Shown piece by piece: positions 29,533-37,688 of a stretch of 64,000 nt of DNA. The notes beneath the pieces are model-generated. The model had not been told where the DNA came from. It did not search any database and was given only the letters and a program-made list of their open reading frames with translations. The position numbers were made by a program, and so were the translations under genes. The first letter of the stretch is position 1. Every line of letters starts with the position of its first letter. Source of the DNA: an uncultured bacterium (GTDB lineage Bacteria; Verrucomicrobiota; Lentisphaeria; Victivallales; UBA1829); assembly GCA_902774245.1 (NCBI GenBank), contig CACYHQ010000001.1, positions 164,654 to 228,653 on the forward strand, written 5' to 3'.

Positions 29533-29933
29533 GAAAGAAACGCTTCATGAAGCAGGAACTGGTCACGCTCGGAGTGCTCCTGGCTTTGGGCATGGCGGCG
29601 TGCGTCGTCCTGCTGGTGGCTCCGCCGGGCAGTCCGCATGCGAAATGGCTGCCGAAATGCATGTTTTATCATGTAACCGGGCTGTACTGCCCCGGATGCG
29701 GCGCGACGCGCGCGCTGTCGGCGATGCTGCACGGCGACCTCAAGTCGAGCATGCACAACAATCTGCTGCTGTTCCCTCTGCTCGCCCTGATCGCGGTCCT
29801 GATCGTGAAGCCGGAAATCTCCCTCAAACGCCCCGTTGCGATCACGATCGTCGCGATCGTTCTGCTGTTCACGATCCTGCGGAACCTCCCGTTCGCGCCG
29901 TTCACGTACCTGGCGCCGATCCCGTTGCCGTAG
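29529..29933 (+). CDS. DUF2752-like CxxC membrane protein
   Basis: Has an N-terminal transmembrane helix followed by CMFYHVTGLYCPGCGATRA and two further helices. It overlaps the preceding CD225 gene by 4 nt. Confidence 0.5.
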   Translation: MRKKRFMKQELVTLGVLLALGMAACVVLLVAPPGSPHAKWLPKCMFYHVTGLYCPGCGATRALSAMLHGDLKSSMHNNLLLFPLLALIAVLIVKPEISLKRPVAITIVAIVLLFTILRNLPFAPFTYLAPIPLP

Positions 29934-29946
29934 TCCCAAAACAAGC

Positions 29947-30153
29947 TCAGAAATATCGGACGCCGACGACCGACGCAAGCCCGATCAGCACGAGCGCGGC
30001 GGTCAGCAGGAAAAGCCAGAGTCTGCGGAGCATCAGGGCGCGTTTGGCGGAGTTGACGAACCGCAGCTCCTTTTTCCGTCCGTTCTCCGTGACTTCCGGA
30101 GTTTTCCGACGGACGCCTCCGCCTCCGCTTTTCCGGCCCGCCTGTTTTACCAT
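29947..30153 (-). CDS. possible small C-terminally anchored membrane protein (68 aa)
   Basis: Encodes MVKQAGRKSGGGG...LWLFLLTAALVLIGLASVVGVRYF. It is the only plausible part of the R-rich track ORF 29947..30882. Support is weak. Confidence 0.25.
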   Translation of the reverse strand: MVKQAGRKSGGGGVRRKTPEVTENGRKKELRFVNSAKRALMLRRLWLFLLTAALVLIGLASVVGVRYF

Positions 30154-30806
30154 CGGATCGTCCCGTTGAACGCCGCGATGACCGCGGCCCCGATCAGGAG
30201 CGCCGCCACGATGACCGACACGATGAACGGGAAAAACACGCCCCAGCCGATGCGGCAGAGCTGCCCGAACGTGATCGAGCCCAGATCGATCCCGTCGAAC
30301 GATGACGGTTTCTGTTTCTGCGCCTGGATCGGGATGCTCTGCGTCGTCGCGGTGGACTCCGCGATCTTGCGGCAGGCGTCCAGCCGGAGTTCGTCGAGGC
30401 GGCGGGACTCCACGGCGATCTGGGATTGCGTCGCGGCGCCGTCGACGTCGAGCGGGGATTCCTTGTTCAGTTCGGCGGCGATGGACGCGAGGCGTTCCCG
30501 GCGCGGTCTGAGCTCCTGAAGTCTGCGTTCTGACTCCGCGATCTCGAAGTCGATTCCGGCCAGCGATTCCGCGACCCGCACGGCGAGGTCGCGCCGCGAC
30601 AGACGGAAATCGTTCACGCGCCGCTGCATGGCCTCGGAGAGCTGTTTGGAAACGACCGGCTGAGGGGGAGGCGGAGGTGGCACGGGGGGGACATTGCTGT
30701 TCTGCGCCGGAGCATCGGGCTCGTTCGTCTCCGCGGTGGCATTGTTCGCGGCGACGGAAATATTGTACTTGTGCAGGTCGTTCAGGATCGAGATATTCTT
30801 TTCCAT
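30147..30806 (-). CDS. hypothetical protein: Pro-rich linker, coiled coil and C-terminal transmembrane anchor
   Basis: Starts MEKNISILNDLHKYN. Contains a PPVPPPPPPQ linker, a coiled coil and a C-terminal hydrophobic helix (IGWGVFFPFIVSVIVAALLIGAAVIAAF). Confidence 0.45.
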   Translation of the reverse strand: MEKNISILNDLHKYNISVAANNATAETNEPDAPAQNSNVPPVPPPPPPQPVVSKQLSEAMQRRVNDFRLSRRDLAVRVAESLAGIDFEIAESERRLQELRPRRERLASIAAELNKESPLDVDGAATQSQIAVESRRLDELRLDACRKIAESTATTQSIPIQAQKQKPSSFDGIDLGSITFGQLCRIGWGVFFPFIVSVIVAALLIGAAVIAAFNGTIRW

Positions 30807-30994
30807 GGTACGTGCTCCGGCAAGATAAAAACAGGACAACTGCGTGTTCGTGAATCGGTCCGGCAAAACGCCGTTCCGGCATTCAAATATAGCCCGGAAT
30901 ACGGAAAAAACCACTGAAAAATGGAAAAAAGGCGAAAAAAAAGCGTTCCGCGCTTGCGTTTTTTCAAAAATATAGTATAGTTCAAAGATACATT

Positions 30995-32974
30995 TTGACT
31001 TTTCACCCTACCATGGAGTTTCACAATATGAAAATCGGCGATCTCAGCGGCATCATCGAACGCGCCAGACTCGCAGGGCGCATCGCCATCATTTCCCTCA
31101 TCCTGTCCTTCATCCTTGCGGTCGTCGTGATCGTGGCGGGCCCGGCGACGAAATGGGCCGGCATGGAGACGTTCACGCTCGCGCTTTATCCCGTCACGCT
31201 GGCGTTCCTCTTCTCGATCTGCGCCATCGTCCACTCCGCGTTCCTGCGGAAGATGGCCGAGGAGGAACAGGAAAAACTCATCCTCGAACAGCGCAAGTCG
31301 AACGTGAATTCCATCCTCGATGTCAGCGAGGACGTCCGGTTCACTGCCAAGCGTACGCTCGAAAACTTCAACAAGTATATCCCGTCCGCCGTCTCGCTCC
31401 TCGTTTTCCTGATCTCCGTTCCGGCGTTCTGGTATTTCTGGAAGCACTCCACGCTCGGCGCGGCCGATCCCGCCACGCTCGTGCTCACACCGAAGAATCC
31501 GATCAACCTGGCGTTCCTCGGTGCGATCTCGGCGCTCTTCGCGTACTTCACAGGCGTATTTCTGGTCGGACAGTCCCGCATCCGCGAGTTCCGCTATCTG
31601 CGCCCGGTCGGCAGCTGGCTGATCTGCTTCGCCATCGTGCTGTTCGTGAGCGCGGTCTCTGCGCTCTTCATCAACTACGGCAAGACCGGCTGGGCCGCGC
31701 CGCTCACCAAAATTTTCTTCTGGATCCTCGCGGTCTTCGCCGCCGAGCACCTCGTGAGCTTCATCATCGAGTTCTACCGCCCCCGTACGCTGGAGGAGGT
31801 CCGCCCGGTGTACGAAAGCCGTCTGCTCGCGATCTTCACCGAGCCGGGCGGCGTGGTGCGCAACATCTCGGATTCGCTGGACTACCAGTTCGGATTCCAG
31901 ATCTCGCGGACCGGCATCTACCTGATACTGCGGAAGGCGATCGTCCCGGCGCTGATGGTCTGGGCCGCCGTGCTGTGGCTTTTCACCTGCATCGCCGAGG
32001 TCAATCCCGGCGAGATCGGCATCCGCGAGGTCTTCGGCGCGGTGAACCGCGAATCGCAGCCGCTCGACGCCGGAATCCACTTCAAATTGCCTTGGCCGTG
32101 CGAGAAGATCCTCCGCGTCCCCGTCAAGAACGTGCAGGAGGCCACCCTCGGGTCCGTCCTGAACGCCGGACGCAGCGCAAAGGTCATTCTCTGGACCGGC
32201 GACAACTACCAGCATGAAAACAAGTTCCTCGTGGCGGTGAAGCAGCAGGGCAAGACCGGCGCGCAGCTCGCGTCCATCCTCGAAGTCTCGCTCCCCGTCT
32301 TCTACACCGCCGATCCCGAACGCCCGTTCGACTACGCGTTCAATTTCGACAACGTGAAGGAAACGCTCCTCGCGGTCGGCCAGGCGGAGGCAACGCGCTA
32401 CTTCGCCAGCACCGACTTCATCACCGACATCTCCTCCGGACGCGAACAGGTCGCCGTGAACCTGTACGACCGCATCCAGAAGGCGTGCGACCGCATCGGG
32501 CTCGGCATCAAGCTCGTCGGCATCAACATGCACGACGCGCATCCGCCCATCGGCAGCGACGAGCCGGGCGGCGCGGTCGACGTCGCCGGAGCGTTCCAGG
32601 ACGTCGTTTGCGCCCAGGAGGACGCCGTGAAGATGATCTCCAGGGCCAACGAGTACAGCATCACCACAGTCGAATCCGCCAAGGTCGAGTCCACGCGCAT
32701 CCTCGGATCCGCCGAAGCATACAAGTACGACACCGCCAGCGTCGCACTCGCGGACGCCTCCCGGTTCGAAAGCCAGCTCGAATCCTACCGCCACCTCCCC
32801 GGCATGTTCAAGCTCCGCACCTACCTGGACTTCCTCGAAAACGACTGCAGCGACATCCGCAAGTACATCATATCGAACGAGATCGATGTCCGCAACCTGG
32901 TCCTGAACCTCGAAGAGAAGCCTTCCCTCGACCTGCTCAACACCGACATCAATCTCCTGACCAATCCGAAATAA
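30995..32974 (+). CDS. SPFH/band-7 (stomatin/HflK-like) domain protein with a large N-terminal polytopic membrane domain
   Basis: About 8 transmembrane helices in the first 330 aa. An SPFH-like domain follows (…EIGIREVFGAVNRESQPLDAGIHFKLPWP…), then a coiled-coil C-terminus. Confidence 0.65.
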   Translation: MTFHPTMEFHNMKIGDLSGIIERARLAGRIAIISLILSFILAVVVIVAGPATKWAGMETFTLALYPVTLAFLFSICAIVHSAFLRKMAEEEQEKLILEQRKSNVNSILDVSEDVRFTAKRTLENFNKYIPSAVSLLVFLISVPAFWYFWKHSTLGAADPATLVLTPKNPINLAFLGAISALFAYFTGVFLVGQSRIREFRYLRPVGSWLICFAIVLFVSAVSALFINYGKTGWAAPLTKIFFWILAVFAAEHLVSFIIEFYRPRTLEEVRPVYESRLLAIFTEPGGVVRNISDSLDYQFGFQISRTGIYLILRKAIVPALMVWAAVLWLFTCIAEVNPGEIGIREVFGAVNRESQPLDAGIHFKLPWPCEKILRVPVKNVQEATLGSVLNAGRSAKVILWTGDNYQHENKFLVAVKQQGKTGAQLASILEVSLPVFYTADPERPFDYAFNFDNVKETLLAVGQAEATRYFASTDFITDISSGREQVAVNLYDRIQKACDRIGLGIKLVGINMHDAHPPIGSDEPGGAVDVAGAFQDVVCAQEDAVKMISRANEYSITTVESAKVESTRILGSAEAYKYDTASVALADASRFESQLESYRHLPGMFKLRTYLDFLENDCSDIRKYIISNEIDVRNLVLNLEEKPSLDLLNTDINLLTNPK

Positions 32975-33423
32975 ACCCAAACTCAAACAACCTCAGAGGG
33001 GACGCCCGTTTGCCGGGCACGTCCTCCCGCCCGTATTTTATTCCCGTGTTCAATCATCTTTCCAACCTCATCAGAAATCTGAAATCCGCCCTCTCCGGCG
33101 CACCGAAACAGCCGGAAGCCCCGGCAGCCACACCCGTCCGCAAGCATGACAAGAAACGCCGCCGTCAGCGGCATCCCGAAGACGCCGCGTATATCCGGCG
33201 CGCCGACAGCCGTCCGGCTCCCGCTCACAACGAAAAAACCGATTCCGAATCCCAGGCAAAACAGCAGTCCCGCAAGCAGAAGCAGCCGAAGCAGGCGAAA
33301 CAGCCTCAGGACCGGCAGAAACAACCTAAACAGCCGAATCAGCAACCTGCGCAGAAGCCGAAACAGCCCCGGCAGATTCCGCCGATGCCCGCCATCGTGC
33401 CGCCGCCGGAGGAACCCGGCAAG

Positions 33424-34686
33424 ATGCGTTTCTGCGACCTCGAACTCTCGCAGGAAGTCCTCGCCGCCGTCCAGGTTCTCGGATTCCTCTACTGCACCGA
33501 GATACAGAAAATCTGCCTGCCCTACGCGCTCGCCGGACGCGACCTCGCCGCGAAGGCACAGACCGGGACCGGCAAGACCGCCGCGTTCCTCTCCACGCTC
33601 ATCACGCGGTTCCGCCGCCACCCGCTCGAGGGCGAACGCAAGCATGGCGCGCCGCGTGCCCTGGTCCTCGCCCCGACCCGCGAACTCGCGATCCAGATCC
33701 ACGACGACGCCGAGGCGCTCGCCCGGTTCACCGACCTGAACTGCGTCGTCATCTTCGGCGGCATGGACCACGAAAAACAGCGCCGCGAACTCGACGCGCC
33801 CATCGACATCCTCGTCGGCACCCCGGGCCGCATCATCGACTATTCGCAGAGCGGCGACCTGGACCTTTCCAAAGCCGAAGTTCTCGTCATCGACGAGGCG
33901 GACCGCATGCTCGACATGGGGTTCATCCCGGACGTCCGCCGCATCGTTTACCATCTGCCGCGGCCCGGCGTCCGCCAGACCATGCTCTTCAGCGCCACGC
34001 TCGAGCCCGCCGTCCTGCGCCTGGTCGACTCCTGGATGAAGGACCCGGAATTCGTGGAGTCCGAGCCGCAGCACATCGTGACCGACCTCATCGACCAGCG
34101 GTTCTACGCCGTGCTGGACGAACAGAAGATGGCCGTGCTTCTGCATGTGATCCACGAGGAGAAGCCCGAGCGCATGATCATCTTCGGCAACCGCAAGGAC
34201 AAAAACATCTCCATCGCCGCCCGTCTCTTCGAGTACGGCGAGGACGCCGAACTCCTGTCCGGCGACGTGGCGCAGGAAAAGCGCCTGAAGATCCTCGACC
34301 GGTTCCGCGAGGGAAAAACACGCATCCTCGTCGCCACCGACGTCGCCGCGCGCGGCATCCACGTGGACGGCATCAGCCACGTCGTGAACTACGACCTGCC
34401 CGAACAGGCCGACGACTACGTGCACCGCATCGGCCGCACCGGACGCGCAGGCGAACACGGCACCAGCATCAGTTTCGCCGACGAGTTCGGCTCGTTCGTG
34501 CTGCCCCAGCTGGAACAGTACACCAAGTGCGAGATCAGGACCGTCCAGCCTCCGCAGGAATGGCTGGAGCTCCCCGAAAAGACACGCGAACTCCCGCCCG
34601 AGGAACGCAAGCGCATGAACCGCCGCCACGGCGGATCCGGCGGCGGGCGTCCCCATCGCGGCGGCGGAAGAGGCAGAAGAAGATGA
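33424..34686 (+). CDS. DEAD-box ATP-dependent RNA helicase
   Basis: Motifs present: Q-motif, AQTGTGKT (I), PTRELA (Ia), DEAD (II), SAT (III), HRIGRTGRAG (VI), and a C-terminal RGG-rich tail. Shine-Dalgarno GGAGGAA lies 9 nt upstream of the ATG at 33424. The frame is open about 450 bp further upstream (see findings). Confidence 0.85.
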   Translation: MRFCDLELSQEVLAAVQVLGFLYCTEIQKICLPYALAGRDLAAKAQTGTGKTAAFLSTLITRFRRHPLEGERKHGAPRALVLAPTRELAIQIHDDAEALARFTDLNCVVIFGGMDHEKQRRELDAPIDILVGTPGRIIDYSQSGDLDLSKAEVLVIDEADRMLDMGFIPDVRRIVYHLPRPGVRQTMLFSATLEPAVLRLVDSWMKDPEFVESEPQHIVTDLIDQRFYAVLDEQKMAVLLHVIHEEKPERMIIFGNRKDKNISIAARLFEYGEDAELLSGDVAQEKRLKILDRFREGKTRILVATDVAARGIHVDGISHVVNYDLPEQADDYVHRIGRTGRAGEHGTSISFADEFGSFVLPQLEQYTKCEIRTVQPPQEWLELPEKTRELPPEERKRMNRRHGGSGGGRPHRGGGRGRRR

Positions 34687-35195
34687 GTACCGCCGCAAAG
34701 GATGCGCCTCAAATTACGGTCATCCTCGACCGGCTCCGCAGTGCGCACAACACCGGCAACATCTTCCGTCTGGCCGAGGCGCTCGGCGCAAAAGAGGTGA
34801 TCTGCTGCGGCTACACCCCCTGCCCGCCTCACCCCAAGCTCGCGAAGACCGCCATGGGCGCGGACACAATGGTCCTGAGCCGTTCGTTCCCGACCGCGCT
34901 CGACGCCGTCCGCGCGCTCCGCGAGGAGACGCCCGGCATCGAGATACTCGCGGTCGAACCGCTCCCGGACTCCGTCGACGCGTGGCGCTATCCGTACCGT
35001 TTTCCGGTCGCGCTGATCTTCGGCAACGAAGCGCTCGGGATCTCGCCCGAGGCGCTGGAAGCCGCCGACGCTACGGTCGGCCTGCCGATGTTCGGCGAGA
35101 AGGCATCGATCAACGTGGGCAACTGCGCGGCGGTCGTCCTGTACGCCGCTGCCGCGAAATTTCTCGCGGATTCGCATAAGGAGATGACACCATGA
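34683..35195 (+). CDS. SpoU/TrmH-family RNA 2'-O-methyltransferase
   Basis: SPOUT motifs are present: NTGNIFRLAEALG and IFGNEALGISPEAL. The start overlaps the helicase stop (ATGA). Confidence 0.75.
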   Translation: MSTAAKDAPQITVILDRLRSAHNTGNIFRLAEALGAKEVICCGYTPCPPHPKLAKTAMGADTMVLSRSFPTALDAVRALREETPGIEILAVEPLPDSVDAWRYPYRFPVALIFGNEALGISPEALEAADATVGLPMFGEKASINVGNCAAVVLYAAAAKFLADSHKEMTP

Positions 35196-35983
35196 ACGTT
35201 CAACCCGGCAAAGACTGGAAGTTCTTCCTCTTCGGCCAGCACACCGAGGCCCTGCGCGACAACCTGAAACGCCGCGGCGTACACCTCACGGACGACCCGG
35301 ACGGGGCCGACCTCATCATTCCCTGCGGCGGCGACGGCACGCTCTTCACCGCCGAGCTCCGCTGGCCCGGCCGCCTGAAATACCCGGTGCGCGACTCCGC
35401 CACCGCTCCGCTCTGCCCGAAACACGGCCTCGACACCCAGCTCGACGCGTTCTTCGCGGGCAACCTGAAGACGACGCGCCTGCCGAAGCTCGTCGGCCGC
35501 GCGAACGGGCGCGAGCTCTTCGCCATCAACGACATCTTCCTGCACAACCGGATGCCCGTGACCGCGCTCCGCTACAGCGTCTCCATCGACGGCGCCATGT
35601 ACGCCCGCGAGGTCGTCGGCGACGCCGTCGGCGCCGCTACCATCCACGGCTCGACCGCGTACTACCGCAGCATCACCCACAGCATCTTCCGCACCGGCAT
35701 CGGGCTGGCGTTCAGCAACAGCACCGAGCTCGTCAACCACCTGGTCCTGCCCGAAAACTCGCTCATCCGCATCGACATTCTCCGCGGACCCGCCGTCATG
35801 GTCGCCGATAATTCCGAGGAGACCGTGCTCGTCGAAGTCGGCGGATTCGCCGAACTCTCCATGTCCGACCGATTCACCGACATCCTCGGACTCGACCTCT
35901 TCATGTGCTCCGAATGCCGCCGTCTGCGCCACACGCTCCGCGATTCCACGCGCTTCATCGGCGGCGGCGAGGGAGGCCGCTGA
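35192..35983 (+). CDS. nadK: NAD(+) kinase
   Basis: The GGDGT motif (ADLIIPCGGDGTLFTA) is present, and the 263-aa length is typical. Overlaps the upstream gene by 4 nt. Confidence 0.65.
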   Translation: MNVQPGKDWKFFLFGQHTEALRDNLKRRGVHLTDDPDGADLIIPCGGDGTLFTAELRWPGRLKYPVRDSATAPLCPKHGLDTQLDAFFAGNLKTTRLPKLVGRANGRELFAINDIFLHNRMPVTALRYSVSIDGAMYAREVVGDAVGAATIHGSTAYYRSITHSIFRTGIGLAFSNSTELVNHLVLPENSLIRIDILRGPAVMVADNSEETVLVEVGGFAELSMSDRFTDILGLDLFMCSECRRLRHTLRDSTRFIGGGEGGR

Positions 35984-35984
35984 C

Positions 35985-36623
35985 ATGCGGATCCTCGTCA
36001 CCGCGGGGCCCACGCGCGAGGCCGTCGACGCCGTCCGCTTCCTCTCCAACAAGTCGACCGGCAAAATGGGCTACGCCATCGCGAAGGCCGCCGTCGAGGC
36101 CGGGCACGACGTGATCCTGGTCTCCGGCCCGGTCGCGCTCACGCCGCCCGACGGTCTGCTGGAGTTCGTCCCGGTCGTCTCCGCCGCCGACATGGCGGAA
36201 GCGGTCAAATCCCGCGCCGCCGACTGCGGCATGGTCGTGATGTGCGCGGCCGTGGCGGATTACACCCCGGCGCATCCGGTCGACCGCAAACTGAAGAAGG
36301 CCGACGGCAATCTCTTCCTCGAACTGAAGCGGACCGAGGACATTCTGAAGACGCTCGGGCAACAGAAAAAGCCCGGTCAAATATTGGTCGGATTCGCCGC
36401 AGAGACCGACGACCTGGAGCAGTACGCGCGCGCCAAGCTCGCCGCGAAGAACCTCGACTGGATCGCCGCGAACGACGTGTCCCGTCCGGACCGCGGATTC
36501 GCCGCCGGGACCAACGCCGTCACGCTCTTCGCCGCCGACGGACGCCGGATCGACCTCCCGCTGCAGAGCAAGGATGCCATCGCGAAAGAGATGCTGGCGG
36601 TCCTGCTGCCCTCCCCCCGCTGA
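35985..36623 (+). CDS. coaB: phosphopantothenate--cysteine ligase (stand-alone CoaB domain)
   Basis: Starts MRILVTAGPTREAVDAVRFLSNKSTGKMGYAIAKAA, a DFP/CoaB fold. No fused CoaC domain is present. Confidence 0.7.
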   Translation: MRILVTAGPTREAVDAVRFLSNKSTGKMGYAIAKAAVEAGHDVILVSGPVALTPPDGLLEFVPVVSAADMAEAVKSRAADCGMVVMCAAVADYTPAHPVDRKLKKADGNLFLELKRTEDILKTLGQQKKPGQILVGFAAETDDLEQYARAKLAAKNLDWIAANDVSRPDRGFAAGTNAVTLFAADGRRIDLPLQSKDAIAKEMLAVLLPSPR

Positions 36624-36634
36624 AAGCCCGCACG

Positions 36635-37294
36635 ATGGCGACCCCGTTTCTGAGCTTGCGGACGAAACTGCGCGCCTGGCGCGAGGACCGTCTCGACCGG
36701 AAGATCGGCGGCATCTCCCTCGCCGAAGTGCGCGAATCGCGTTTTCAGGACCTCGGCGCGTATCCGACCATGAGCGCGGAGTACGGCGCGATCGAAATGA
36801 TGTTCCGGGACTTTCCGCTGGACGAAAACGACGTCTTCGTGGACGTCGGCTGCGGATTCGGACGCGTTATCAGCTGGCTCCTGCTCAAAAAGTCGCCGTG
36901 CAAAAAGTATTACGGCGTCGAGCTTGACCCGGACGTCGCCGCGGTCACAGCGAAACGCTTCGAGGACTATCCGCAGGTGTCCATTTTGAACGGGAACATC
37001 CTCGACGTGCTGCCGCACGACGGCACGGTCTTCTGGCTCTACAACCCGTTCGACGTCTGCGTGCTGGACGCGTTCCTCTCCAGGCTCGAATCCGGCCGGG
37101 AAACGAAAGCCTACGTGATGTATTACTGCGACTACCGGGCGTTCGCGCTGGAGGGCCGCCGCAACTGGAACCGTCTGCTGAAAGACGCCTGGCGTTGTCC
37201 CCCGGAAAAACCCCTGCCCTGGTCGATCTGGCTCTACCAGCCCGACTGGAACCGCCCCAGGACAAGTCCTGGACACACGAAGTGTGCCGAGTAG
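36635..37294 (+). CDS. class I SAM-dependent methyltransferase
   Basis: Carries motif I VDVGCGFGR. The start is the MATPFLSL Met inside a longer track ORF. The 3' end runs into a REP-like palindromic element. Confidence 0.65.
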   Translation: MATPFLSLRTKLRAWREDRLDRKIGGISLAEVRESRFQDLGAYPTMSAEYGAIEMMFRDFPLDENDVFVDVGCGFGRVISWLLLKKSPCKKYYGVELDPDVAAVTAKRFEDYPQVSILNGNILDVLPHDGTVFWLYNPFDVCVLDAFLSRLESGRETKAYVMYYCDYRAFALEGRRNWNRLLKDAWRCPPEKPLPWSIWLYQPDWNRPRTSPGHTKCAE

Positions 37295-37315
37295 TGCGCG
37301 GCTACGCTCGCGCAC
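37255..37315. repeat. REP-like palindromic element, copy 1
   Basis: Contains ccccaggacaagtcctggac (self-complementary) ... agtgcgcggctacgctcgcgcac. The same two blocks recur at 45517-45565. Both copies sit between convergent genes. Confidence 0.45.
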
Positions 37316-37379
37316 ACACATAGTGTGGTTGGGTGGTGCCGTGCTTCGCGACGGCACGGGGACAAGCCGTTGATCCCAC

Positions 37380-37559
37380 TTAATTCCAGTCTACCAAAAT
37401 ATATTTAGCCAAAAACATGATTAACGGAATCATGAACACGAGAATGCACAGAATAACCAAAATGATCCGAAGCGCTATCGAATATTCATCCAGGAGCGTT
37501 ATGATTACCGTGATCGGGATGCTCAGCAGAAGTAAGCCAACAAGAACTCCTATATTCAT
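37380..37559 (-). CDS. unlisted small hydrophobic protein (59 aa, two transmembrane helices) in a low-GC islet
   Basis: Manual translation gives MNIGVLVGLLLLSIPITVIITLLDEYSIALRIILVILCILVFMIPLIMFLAKYILVDWN*. Shine-Dalgarno AGGTGA lies 3-4 nt upstream of the start codon. Local GC is about 35% against about 63% for the window. Confidence 0.4.
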   Translation of the reverse strand: MNIGVLVGLLLLSIPITVIITLLDEYSIALRIILVILCILVFMIPLIMFLAKYILVDWN

Positions 37560-37688
37560 AAATCACCTGTCCTGATCGTCATTGCGTTTGTTTCAACCAG
37601 GATAATATATCATATAAAAGAAGGATTTCAAGAGGACAGAAAAAATGCTCTCAAAAAAATAAATCAATGTGTTTTAGATCAGATCAGC

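Noticed and set aside
29947-30882. 311-aa Arg-rich minus-strand ORF
   Set aside because: It overlaps the better-supported 30147..30806 gene in another frame and is compositionally artefactual. Only its last 68 codons form a plausible small membrane protein; these are reported separately at low confidence.
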